From Alphaproteobacteria bacterium (GTDB lineage: Bacteria; Pseudomonadota; Alphaproteobacteria; GM7ARS4; G965262615), in contig OZ253545.1 of the NCBI GenBank assembly GCA_965262615.1, forward strand, positions 1,440,001 to 1,504,000: DNA of 64,000 bases. Direction: 5' to 3'. The notes below the pieces were generated by a model, which had not been told where the DNA came from, searched no databases, and worked only from the letters and a program-made list of their open reading frames with translations. Of this stretch, positions 19,177-27,694 are shown piece after piece. Made by a program: the position numbers and the translations under genes. How positions within the stretch are numbered: the first letter of the stretch is position 1; each line of letters starts with the position of its first letter.

Positions 19177-20760
19177 ATGAGAATTGTCACATTCCTCATC
19201 GCGATGGTGCTGTCATCGGTGACTGTCGTGCATGGCTATGAGCTGCCGTGGAAAAAGGAGTCATTTTCCTATTACGGCAATGGAGAGTCACTCACTCAGG
19301 TGCTCAACAATTTTTCATTGAGCGTGGGAACGCACATCATCGTCAGCGATCAGGTGACAGGAACGCTGCAAGGTGCGTATTTTGCTCCCACAGCGCAGCA
19401 TTTCTTGCATCAATTGAGTGAACGGTACGGTTTGGTGTGGTATTACGATGGCGAGGTGTTGTATGTCTATCATCGCAACCAGTTGCAACAACGCCATCTT
19501 CATTCCGACATGATGACCGCGAGCGAATTGCAAAGACGCATTGAAAATCATCCCGCATGGAATCATCGCTACCAAATCTACACAGATGACACCGATGAGC
19601 AGGTGATTGTCACCGCGCCACCCCGTCTGATGGCGTTGCTGGAGAATTGGCTGGAGCAATGGAAAGAAGAGGAATCCTCAAGTCTTTATGTGAGTCGTAT
19701 TTTTCAGCTGCGCTATGCGTGGGCGACCGACAAAAAATTCAAAAACCGAGATGACACCATCGTGATTCCGGGCGTGGTGACGCTGCTGAAGAAAATCTTT
19801 GCCGGACAAGTCCCGCCGCCAAAAACCGAACAGACACCTCATGACAGAACCGCCAAAGGCGTTCTGGAGAACACGAAAAACCCCACCCAGACACAAACAG
19901 ACCCCAAGCCTATTTTTGACACACGCAATGATGTGCGCATTGAAGCAGATGTGCGTCTCAATGCGATTGTTATTCACGCGCCGCGCTATCAAATGGCGAT
20001 GTATGAAGAACTGATTGCCGAACTGGATGCTCCCGCAGGATTGATTGAAATTGAGGCAATGGTGGTGGATGTTTCCATTGAGAAAAGTGACGAGTTGGGC
20101 ATTTCGTGGCGACTCAGCAATGACCGCCATGCCATTGGCTACGGCACAATTGACAGCTCACTCAGTGTGGGCGAGGTGGTTGCCAATGTGGGTGCCGGGG
20201 TGAATTTTTCCACCCTGGCGGCATCGGGGGCACGGCAATTTTTGAGCCGTATCAGTGCCCTGAAAACGCAAGGCAACGCGCGCGTGATGTCACGCCCGTC
20301 TGTGCTCACCATTGATAATTTTGAGGCGGTGCTGGATTTGCATCAAACCTTTCATGTGCGGGTGGCGGGTCATGAGGCGGTGGAGCTCTATCCCATCACG
20401 GTGGGCACATTGCTCAAGGTGACGCCTCACATTATTGCGTCTCGTAAGGATCGCGGCATTCAGCTGGCGATTGCCATTGAGGATGGCAGTATTCTGCAGC
20501 AAACGGTGGATAACATTCCCATTGTTCGCAACAACACCATCAACACCCAAGCCATTATTGGCGAGCATCAGAGCCTGCTCATTGGCGGACACTATTATGA
20601 GAGCGAGAGCGATCGCGATGAGGGCATTCCCATTTTGCAAGACCTGCCGTTGATTGGCATGCTGTTCAGCCGTGAGCGCACCGAGCGCACCCGCATTGAG
20701 CGTCTTTATTTAATCACGCCGCGCATTATTGCGTTGCCCTCTGCCATGCTTCAGAATTGA
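19177..20760 (+). CDS. sctC: T3SS outer-membrane secretin (YscC/HrcC family)
   Basis: LVWYYDGEVLYVY, LRYAWATD, IPGVVTLL, GTLLKVTP, IEDG, SLLIGG, IPILQDLPLIGMLF. Confidence 0.93.
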   Translation: MRIVTFLIAMVLSSVTVVHGYELPWKKESFSYYGNGESLTQVLNNFSLSVGTHIIVSDQVTGTLQGAYFAPTAQHFLHQLSERYGLVWYYDGEVLYVYHRNQLQQRHLHSDMMTASELQRRIENHPAWNHRYQIYTDDTDEQVIVTAPPRLMALLENWLEQWKEEESSSLYVSRIFQLRYAWATDKKFKNRDDTIVIPGVVTLLKKIFAGQVPPPKTEQTPHDRTAKGVLENTKNPTQTQTDPKPIFDTRNDVRIEADVRLNAIVIHAPRYQMAMYEELIAELDAPAGLIEIEAMVVDVSIEKSDELGISWRLSNDRHAIGYGTIDSSLSVGEVVANVGAGVNFSTLAASGARQFLSRISALKTQGNARVMSRPSVLTIDNFEAVLDLHQTFHVRVAGHEAVELYPITVGTLLKVTPHIIASRKDRGIQLAIAIEDGSILQQTVDNIPIVRNNTINTQAIIGEHQSLLIGGHYYESESDRDEGIPILQDLPLIGMLFSRERTERTRIERLYLITPRIIALPSAMLQN

Positions 20761-20763
20761 TCC

Positions 20764-21534
20764 TCAAAATTGATCTTTGTGCTGACGCAAATGTGCCACC
20801 ACATCAGCGGGTGAGCTGTCCGCCATGTGAAGGGTGCGTTTGAATTCATCATCATCGGCGCGCATGTAGGGGTTGCATTGTTTTTCATCGCCCAATCGTG
20901 CGGGAATAGTGGGTTCGTCATCAAGACGCAGCTGCTGTGCCTGTGCTATGCGGTTTTGCAACGCTGTGTTGTCGCCATCCACTTGCAAGGCAAAGACACC
21001 GTTGGCAAGGGTGTATTCATGACCGCAATAAACAAGAGTCTCGTCAGGCAATGACCGCAGACGCGTCATGGTGAGCCAAAGGTCATCGCCGTCACCCTCA
21101 AACAGTCTGCCGCAGCCAAGCGAGAATAAACTGTCGCCGCAAAACAGTGCGGACGCATCGGCAAAATAATACGCCACATGTCCCATCGTGTGCCCAGGCG
21201 TTGCGATAACTCGGACTTTGCTATCCCCCAGCTGCCAGAGGTCATCGTGCTGGACGGGGTGCTGGACGGTGATTCCCATCGCAGCAAGAGCTTCTTGTTC
21301 GGCAGACGGCGCGACAACTCGCGCGCCGTATTGCTGCACCAATGACGGCACGCCCGCCACATGGTCACCATGCCGATGGGTGATGACAATCCAATGCAAC
21401 GGTTCGTCTTGCAAAGCCTCAATGACGGGCTCGGGCTCGGCGGGGTCAACGATTGCCGTTTGTCCGCTTGCCTCATCGCGCACGAGATAGGCATAATTGT
21501 CACTGAGCATCTTGACGATTGTGATGTCCATCAT
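20764..21534 (-). CDS. gloB: Hydroxyacylglutathione hydrolase
   Basis: DNYAY, THRHGDH, TPGHT, GCGRLFEG, CGHEYT. Confidence 0.95.
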   Translation of the reverse strand: MMDITIVKMLSDNYAYLVRDEASGQTAIVDPAEPEPVIEALQDEPLHWIVITHRHGDHVAGVPSLVQQYGARVVAPSAEQEALAAMGITVQHPVQHDDLWQLGDSKVRVIATPGHTMGHVAYYFADASALFCGDSLFSLGCGRLFEGDGDDLWLTMTRLRSLPDETLVYCGHEYTLANGVFALQVDGDNTALQNRIAQAQQLRLDDEPTIPARLGDEKQCNPYMRADDDEFKRTLHMADSSPADVVAHLRQHKDQF

Positions 21535-21548
21535 GCAGTAATGATGTC

Positions 21549-22151
21549 ATGAATAAGCGATTATTGAAATATGTATTTTTCTTCTGCTTTGGCGTGTTTG
21601 TCATCCAGCCCACAGACGATAGCCGTCCTGTTGTGCTGTCGCCTGATGCCGATATGAAACGCGCCGATGAGACGCGCTTCATTGTGCCTCTTGTTCCCAT
21701 CAAGCCCCTATCTCGTCCTGTTGATGAATCCAGCTTGCGCCAACAAGGCGTTATCACGGCGGAGGCGGGTCGTCTGATTGTGGAACAGGCGTTGGCACAA
21801 GCTCTGCCTGATGATGTGGTGGCGGCACAAAGTCATTATGTTCCCGTTGATAGGGGACGCATTCTCAGAGCCACCCCCAAAGAAGCCATGAAGAATGATG
21901 TGCCACGCGCCCTGGTCGCGCATCGTAGGGTGACGCTGATTTTGACCAAAGAGGGCTCGGGTGAGGTGCTGGGTTTTTATCGTTTGCAAAATGGCGATGC
22001 CTACCTGCCTCCCGATGAGGATGGCTATGGCATTGTCACCGATCGCCTGTCGGCTTTGACCCTGTATGAATATGGCGAGGAGCGTGTGCTTTTTCAAAAC
22101 AACACCAACGATGCCGGCGCGCTGTTTTTCGCAAAAATCTCAAAGGGATAA
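21549..22151 (+). CDS. Hypothetical exported protein
   Basis: 200-aa ORF filling the intergenic space, hydrophobic N-terminus; no family recognised. Confidence 0.6.
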   Translation: MNKRLLKYVFFFCFGVFVIQPTDDSRPVVLSPDADMKRADETRFIVPLVPIKPLSRPVDESSLRQQGVITAEAGRLIVEQALAQALPDDVVAAQSHYVPVDRGRILRATPKEAMKNDVPRALVAHRRVTLILTKEGSGEVLGFYRLQNGDAYLPPDEDGYGIVTDRLSALTLYEYGEERVLFQNNTNDAGALFFAKISKG

Positions 22152-22152
22152 T

Positions 22153-22416
22153 TCAGCGCGCACCACTGATACTTCTTAACTTGATGACTTTTCCATCAAA
22201 GGTGTAAAATAACCTGTAGTGGTCACCCTTTATCGCTGTCGAGAACGGAACAACCCACAAATTATCCTTGCCACTGGCTAATTTGCCAAAATGAGGCTCG
22301 GAGCGAAGAACTAAAATAAGACCTCTCAAAGGTGTTGCAAAATCATCCTTGTGGATTTCCGTTAATCTTTCTACTCGTCTTTTAAATTTCTCTTCTAAAT
22401 GAATTTCATAATTCAT
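22153..22416 (-). CDS. RelE/ParE-like toxin
   Basis: 87 aa, basic; YEIHLEEKFKR, PHFGKL, GDHYRLFY; ATGA-coupled to the antitoxin. Confidence 0.6.
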   Translation of the reverse strand: MNYEIHLEEKFKRRVERLTEIHKDDFATPLRGLILVLRSEPHFGKLASGKDNLWVVPFSTAIKGDHYRLFYTFDGKVIKLRSISGAR

Positions 22417-22982
22417 GCTGCTTCCTCTAAATCTTCTTCTGTCAAATCATCGCTATTCATGACAAAAATAGCCTCATAGGGAATGACATCACCTTGCTTG
22501 AATGCACTCCATGCGGGGTATGTGTGTGATAATGCGGTGACCTCACTTGCGCTCTTGTCTTTGAGCTCCAAAACGATGTCATCAATGAGCATGATTTCAT
22601 CTTTGGTGAAATCACTCATATCTGCTTCTTGCTCATGTTTTATTTTTTTCTGCCCCAACCCGTGATATTTTTCATCTTTGACAGAGCACAAACCCTCCCC
22701 CACCATTTCACTGATGAGAGAATTGATTTTTTGCGGAACGGGACCATTAGGCATGACAAGATACCGATACCATGTAATCGCACTGCGCAATTTCATGAAG
22801 GCAAAGAAATCACAAAAGAACAAAATTTTGTCCAATTTTTTCACGCCAAAAGACGCATCGCTTTCGGACTTTTGCGCGATGTAAAGAATCAGATTTTTCA
22901 TCTTTGCATGGTCGGACTCGTGGCTCTCGCCCACTGACGGTGCTAATATGGCATCCAACAAAGAATTATTTTGCGCGGTCAT
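22413..22982 (-). CDS. Panacea (DUF4065/SocA-like) antitoxin
   Basis: KLDKILFFCDF, NGPVP, LSH...W, IPYE motifs. Confidence 0.85.
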   Translation of the reverse strand: MTAQNNSLLDAILAPSVGESHESDHAKMKNLILYIAQKSESDASFGVKKLDKILFFCDFFAFMKLRSAITWYRYLVMPNGPVPQKINSLISEMVGEGLCSVKDEKYHGLGQKKIKHEQEADMSDFTKDEIMLIDDIVLELKDKSASEVTALSHTYPAWSAFKQGDVIPYEAIFVMNSDDLTEEDLEEAA

Positions 22983-23091
22983 CGTCCATCTCCAGCCCAT
23001 AGATATAAAACACTTTACCATCAAACGCAACAGCGTCACCTGACACCTTTTGACGCACACACATTCATCATTTGGTATCATTTAGGATTAT

Positions 23092-23505
23092 TCAGCGCGC
23101 GTTTTGTATCCTGATGATGTCCTTTTCGTTTTTATTGACCCTTTCGCCAAGCACATGCATTTCGCTCATGTGCACATTGAAACGGTCATCAATGCCGTTG
23201 AGCCTGTTATACATATAACCCATTTGCTGTTCTATGTTGATGAGGCGTTCGCCATGTTCTTCTTGGGTGCGTTTGATGGCAGCCGTATCCTGTTGAATCA
23301 AGGACACATCGCTCTGTATTTTAGCAACATTTGCTTCTATTCTGCTGATATCCTCCCTCATTTCACTGAGATCCATGCGCGGTGCAAAATGCAAAGTGGC
23401 AAGAATCATGGCAAGAAACACAAGACCCAAGGCGACACCGCCGAGAATTGCGTTGTTTCTTTCAATCCAGTTTGCCAATTTACCTGCCACCAACAGCTCA
23501 CTCAT
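23092..23505 (-). CDS. Membrane-anchored coiled-coil protein, paralog A (137 aa)
   Basis: GGAGG RBS, N-terminal TM, heptad repeats. Confidence 0.75.
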   Translation of the reverse strand: MSELLVAGKLANWIERNNAILGGVALGLVFLAMILATLHFAPRMDLSEMREDISRIEANVAKIQSDVSLIQQDTAAIKRTQEEHGERLINIEQQMGYMYNRLNGIDDRFNVHMSEMHVLGERVNKNEKDIIRIQNAR

Positions 23506-23620
23506 AGAATCCCTCCGAATACTTAGTGGTAATTTAATATCTTTGATCGGCAAACGCAATAGCGTCACCTGACACCTTTTGACGCACACACATTCGTCAT
23601 TTGGCATCATTTGGCATTAT

Positions 23621-24013
23621 TCAGCGGGCGTTTTGTATCCTGATAATGTCCTTTTCGTTCTTATTGACCCTTTCGCCAAGCACATGCATTTCACTCATGT
23701 GCACATTGAAACGGTCATCAATGCCGTTGAGCCTGTTATACATATAACCCATTTGCTGTTCTATGTTGATGAGGCGTTCGCCGTGTTGTTCTTGGGTGCG
23801 TCTGATGGCAGCCGTATCCTGTTTAACGGAGGATACATCTTGCCGTATTTGAGCAATATCCTCCCTCATTTCACTGAGATCCATGCGCGGTGCAAAATAC
23901 AAGGTGGCAATGATCATGGAAAGAAACACAAGACCCAAGGCGACACCGCCGAGAATTGCGTTGTTTCTTTCAATCCAGTTTGCCAATTTACCTGCCACCA
24001 AAAACTCACTCAT
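23621..24013 (-). CDS. Membrane-anchored coiled-coil protein, paralog B (130 aa)
   Basis: Near-identical to paralog A apart from a variable stretch one heptad shorter. Confidence 0.75.
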   Translation of the reverse strand: MSEFLVAGKLANWIERNNAILGGVALGLVFLSMIIATLYFAPRMDLSEMREDIAQIRQDVSSVKQDTAAIRRTQEQHGERLINIEQQMGYMYNRLNGIDDRFNVHMSEMHVLGERVNKNEKDIIRIQNAR

Positions 24014-24139
24014 AGAATCCCTCCGAATACTTAGTGGCAATATAATCCTTTTCGCCATCAATCGCAATAGTCACTTGACACCCTTGAATTCGCGCCCATT
24101 TATCTTTTGCGATGGGGGGGATTTTTATAAAACTTTTAG

Positions 24140-24168
24140 TTGTATTTATGTGAGATGTGGTGTATGAT
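24140..24168 (+). promoter_or_regulatory. Putative sigma70 promoter driving the repeat array and nuclease
   Basis: TTGTAT-N17-TATGAT. Confidence 0.55.
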
Positions 24169-24219
24169 GAGTGCCATGACCCACCTTGATTTTTATCGCG
24201 TTTTATCACACCATCACTG

Positions 24220-24368
24220 TGTCGAGACAAGACACCCACTGAGGTTGGGTGTCCCATTGAATACAACACCCAACGGCTTGCCGTCAGTGCGAGCTGCGGC
24301 TGGCTTATGGGAAATAGGTGGGGATGCGACAGTGTCTTGTGCTCGACAACACCCAATCAATGGGTGTT
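24220..24368 (+). ncRNA. Putative structured RNA, copy 1 (unassigned family)
   Basis: Outer stem 24220-24235/24332-24348, internal stem, GCGA-capped hairpin, downstream hairpin. Confidence 0.55.
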
Positions 24369-24493
24369 TCAGCGAAACAGGAGCTGTGCCGTGAAAACAC
24401 AACCTTGGTGGATGATTGTTTGTCTAAGGTGGGGTGCGTGATGAGTGTCATGACCCATCTTGATTTTTGCCGTGTTTTATCACACCATCACTG

Positions 24494-24642
24494 TGCCGAT
24501 ACAGAACACCCACCTCGGTTGGGTGTCTCGCTAAATACAATACCCAGCCGCTTGTCATCAGCGAAAGCTACGGCTTGCCTACGGGAAATAAGCGGGGATA
24601 CTACAGTGTTCTGTTATCGGCAACGCCCAATCAATGGGTGTT
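24494..24642 (+). ncRNA. Putative structured RNA, copy 2
   Basis: Outer stem 24494-24509/24606-24622, GAAA-capped hairpin. Confidence 0.55.
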
Positions 24643-24766
24643 TCAGCGAAACAGGAGCTGTGCCGTGAGAACACAACCTTGGTGGATGATTGTTTGTCTA
24701 AGGTGGGGTGCATGATGATTCTCATGACCCGCCTTGATTTTTGTCGTGTTTTATCACACTATCTTT

Positions 24767-24913
24767 TTACGGAAAGTGGAACGCCCACTAGGGTTGGGTG
24801 TCCCACCAAATACAACACCCAACGGCTTGCCGACAGTGCAAGCTGTCACTGCCTATGGGAAATAGGTGGGGAGACAAAGCGTTTCACTTTCCGTAACACC
24901 CAATCACTGGGTG
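24767..24913 (+). ncRNA. Putative structured RNA, copy 3
   Basis: Outer stem 24767-24784/24879-24896, GCAA-capped hairpin. Confidence 0.55.
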
Positions 24914-24944
24914 CTATCTTGAAGAGTGAAACAGGAGCTTTGTT

Positions 24945-25388
24945 GTGAAAACACAACCTTGGTGGATTGTTTTTTGTTTCGTATTGGTCATCACATCGGC
25001 TCATGGCGATGGCACGGTTATGAAGTATCCTATCTCGGCGCGCGCCATGCGGGTCATTGATGGTGACAGCATCGTCATCTCGGCACACCTTTGGCTCAAT
25101 CTCTATCAAGAAACCGTTTTGCGTCTTGCCCATGTGGATGCTCCCGAACTCAGAGGCAAGTGTCCCGAAGAAAAAGTCAAAGCCGAAGAAGCGTTGCGAT
25201 TCGTCAAACAATGGCTTGAAGGCAGCGACACGCTGACCATTCATGATATCAAACAAGGCAAATTCGGCGGACGGGTCGTGGGACGCATCACCAACGAACG
25301 CAATGAAGACTTAGGACAATTGCTGCTGGCAAGACAACTGGCGCATCCCTACACAGGAGAACGCCGCCGCAGCTGGTGTGTTTCGTGA
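24945..25388 (+). CDS. Thermonuclease (SNase-like) family protein with signal peptide
   Basis: RVIDGDSI, LRLAHVDAPE, KFGGR, LAHPY; AGGAG RBS, GTG start. Confidence 0.88.
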   Translation: MKTQPWWIVFCFVLVITSAHGDGTVMKYPISARAMRVIDGDSIVISAHLWLNLYQETVLRLAHVDAPELRGKCPEEKVKAEEALRFVKQWLEGSDTLTIHDIKQGKFGGRVVGRITNERNEDLGQLLLARQLAHPYTGERRRSWCVS

Positions 25389-25408
25389 AAACATTTAATG
25401 ATGACCAA

Positions 25409-25440
25409 TTCATCATTTCATCATTTCATCATTTCATCAT
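25409..25440. repeat. 8-bp microsatellite at the acs stop
   Basis: TTCATCAT x4. Confidence 0.9.
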
Positions 25441-27377
25441 GATAAGTTTTTGTGTCCTTTAATGAGATCTTCCACCACTGAGGGGTCGGCAAGAGTGGAA
25501 GTATCCCCGAGCTCGTCATATTCATGGGCGGCGATTTTACGCAAAATGCGCCGCATAATCTTGCCGGATCGCGTCTTGGGCAAGCCCGAAGCCCACTGAA
25601 TCACCTCAGGGGCGGCAAAAGCTCCAATGGCTTTACGCACATCCTGCACCAATTGCTGACGCAGCTCGTCATCGCCCTCAACGCCCGCCATGGGGGTGAC
25701 ATAGGCATAAATCGCCTGCCCCTTGACATCATGCGGCGCACCCACAACGGCAGCTTCCGCGATGGAATCATGCGCCACCATCGCCGATTCCACCTCAGCC
25801 GTGCCAATGCGATGACCGGACACATTGATGACATCATCCATCCTGCCGGTAATCCAGTAATAACCATCCTTGTCGCGCCGACAGCCATCACCCGAAAAAT
25901 AGTAGCCCTTGTAGGTGGAAAAATACACCTGCTCAAAGCGGGCATGATCCCGATAAACAGTCCGCATCATACCGGGCCACGGCTCCTTGATACAAAGCCC
26001 GCCGCGACACTCCCCTTCCAGTTCCTTGCCGTCACTATCCACAATGACCGGCTTGACGCCAAAAAACGGCAGTGTCGCCGACCCCGCCTTCAACGGCACA
26101 GCTCCCGCGAGCGGCGTAATCAGAATGCCGCCCGTTTCCGTCTGCCACCATGTGTCCACAATGGGGCAGCGTCCATCGCCCACCGTGTGATAATACCACT
26201 CCCACGCCTCAGGATTGATGGGTTCTCCCACCGACCCCAACAGACGCAATGAACTGCGTTTGCACGATTGCACCCACTTGTCACCCTCACGCATCAAGGC
26301 ACGAATGGCGGTGGGCGCGGTGTAGAAAATGCTCACTTTGTGTTTATCCACCACCTGCCAAAAACGCGAGGCATCAGGATAATTGGGCACGCCCTCAAAC
26401 ATCAGCGTGGTCGCCCCATTGGCAAGAGGCCCATACACAATGTAACTATGACCCGTCACCCATCCCACATCGGCGGTGCACCAGTAGATGTCACCCTCTT
26501 GGTAATCAAAAACATATTTGAAGGTCATGGAGGCATAGAGCAGGTATCCGCCTGTGGTGTGCAAAACGCCTTTGGGCTTGCCGGTAGAACCTGATGTGTA
26601 AAGAATAAACAGCGGGTCTTCGGCATTCATGGGCTCTGGAGGACAGTCGGTGCTGGCGGCATCCACGAGAGTTGTATAATCCACATCGCGCCCCTCTTGC
26701 CAATTGATGTCCCCTCCCGTTCGTTTGAACACAACCACATGTTTGACTTGAGGACACTGCTTGAGAGCCTCATCGGTATTGGCTTTGAGAGGAATAGCCC
26801 GTCCGCCGCGCACCCCCTCATCCGCCGTGATGACATAGTGGGAATCGCAATCGTTAATGCGTCCCGCAAGAGAATCAGGGGCAAAGCCGCCAAACACCAC
26901 CGAATGAATCGCGCCAATACGAGTGCATGCCAGCATCGCCACCGCCGCCTCCACCACCATCGGCATGTAGATGGTCACGCGATCGCCCTTGCTCACGCCC
27001 AACGACTTCAATCCATTGGCAAGACGGCACACCTTTTCATGCAATTGCCGATAGGTGATGTGACAATCATCGCTGGGCTCATCCCCCTCATGAATGATGG
27101 CAATCTCATCGCCTCGTGTCGCCAAGTGGCGATCCACACAATTGGCACAGACATTCAGCACCCCGTCTTCAAACCAACGGACATGCACTGCGTCACCAAA
27201 CGAAAAATCTCGCACTTTTGTAAAGGGCTTCATCCAATCCAGACGCTGCATCGCCTGTTTGCGCCAGAAGTTCTCGGTGTCACCCACAGATTCTTCATAC
27301 AAGGCGGCGCGCTCAGAGCCATTGATGAGAGCCTTTGCTTCCCACTCTTTTTTCACAGGATATGTGTGGTCGTTCAT
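25437..27377 (-). CDS. acs: Acetyl-CoA synthetase
   Basis: [32 protein letters not shown]. Confidence 0.97.
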   Translation of the reverse strand: MNDHTYPVKKEWEAKALINGSERAALYEESVGDTENFWRKQAMQRLDWMKPFTKVRDFSFGDAVHVRWFEDGVLNVCANCVDRHLATRGDEIAIIHEGDEPSDDCHITYRQLHEKVCRLANGLKSLGVSKGDRVTIYMPMVVEAAVAMLACTRIGAIHSVVFGGFAPDSLAGRINDCDSHYVITADEGVRGGRAIPLKANTDEALKQCPQVKHVVVFKRTGGDINWQEGRDVDYTTLVDAASTDCPPEPMNAEDPLFILYTSGSTGKPKGVLHTTGGYLLYASMTFKYVFDYQEGDIYWCTADVGWVTGHSYIVYGPLANGATTLMFEGVPNYPDASRFWQVVDKHKVSIFYTAPTAIRALMREGDKWVQSCKRSSLRLLGSVGEPINPEAWEWYYHTVGDGRCPIVDTWWQTETGGILITPLAGAVPLKAGSATLPFFGVKPVIVDSDGKELEGECRGGLCIKEPWPGMMRTVYRDHARFEQVYFSTYKGYYFSGDGCRRDKDGYYWITGRMDDVINVSGHRIGTAEVESAMVAHDSIAEAAVVGAPHDVKGQAIYAYVTPMAGVEGDDELRQQLVQDVRKAIGAFAAPEVIQWASGLPKTRSGKIMRRILRKIAAHEYDELGDTSTLADPSVVEDLIKGHKNLS

Positions 27378-27405
27378 GGTGCTATCCTAGCACAAAAATT
27401 ATCCA

Positions 27406-27678
27406 TCACAAAGTGACTTTATACGCGATGATTCGCACATCGCTAAAAACGCCCGCCACAGAGTAAGGGTCGTGAGAGATGAAAGACTCCGCATCCTCAC
27501 GAGAATCGCAATCAATAATAATGAGACTGCCAATCACATCGCCATTCTCATTGAGCTGAGGCCCTGCGGTGAGAATGCTCGCTCTCCGCGTGTTCAAATG
27601 GGCAAGGTGTTGGTCTCTGATTTGTGAGCGCAACTGCTGTCCCTGCTCGCCGTCACGACAATCAATGATAAAATGCAT
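27406..27678 (-). CDS. YciI family protein
   Basis: R..HLAHL, AGP, GSLII, DPY..AGVF. Confidence 0.85.
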   Translation of the reverse strand: MHFIIDCRDGEQGQQLRSQIRDQHLAHLNTRRASILTAGPQLNENGDVIGSLIIIDCDSREDAESFISHDPYSVAGVFSDVRIIAYKVTL

Positions 27679-27694
27679 GGCTTCCTCCTGCGGG

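Larger units (their letters stand above)
23003..24086 (-). promoter_or_regulatory. Three homologous promoter blocks (about 23003-23053, 23531-23582, 24039-24086) heading the TA operon, paralog A and paralog B
   Basis: Minus strand GGTGTCA(G/A)GTGAC..TTGCG(T/A)-N17-TATATC/TAAATT/TATATT. Confidence 0.65.
24155..24967 (+). repeat. Three diverged ~274-bp tandem units, each ending in the nuclease RBS and first codons
   Basis: Shared blocks ATGACCC..CTTGATTTTT..GTTTTATCACAC, GGTTGGGTGTC, AATACAA, GGGAAATA, GAAACAGGAGCT, GTGA(A/G)AACACAACCTTGGTGGAT. Confidence 0.92.

Noticed and set aside
22990-24100. Canonical integron attC sites
   Set aside because: No RYYYAAC...GTTRRRY-bounded palindromes at the junctions and no integrase in the window.
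24220-24913. Known riboswitch or ribozyme (FMN, c-di-AMP, cobalamin, ZTP, HDV-like, C4) or retron msr-msd
   Set aside because: Only short words match (GCCGACAGT, ATGGGA, GGGAA); the remaining consensus and topology do not fit by eye, and no reverse transcriptase is nearby. A cmscan is still needed.
24140-24948. Three paralogous small proteins as the purpose of the repeats
   Set aside because: Copy 3 is translated in a different register through its middle, and substitutions track base pairing rather than codons.
24155-24967. CRISPR array
   Set aside because: Units are ~274 bp and homologous along their whole length; there is no short repeat/unique spacer pattern and no cas genes in the window.
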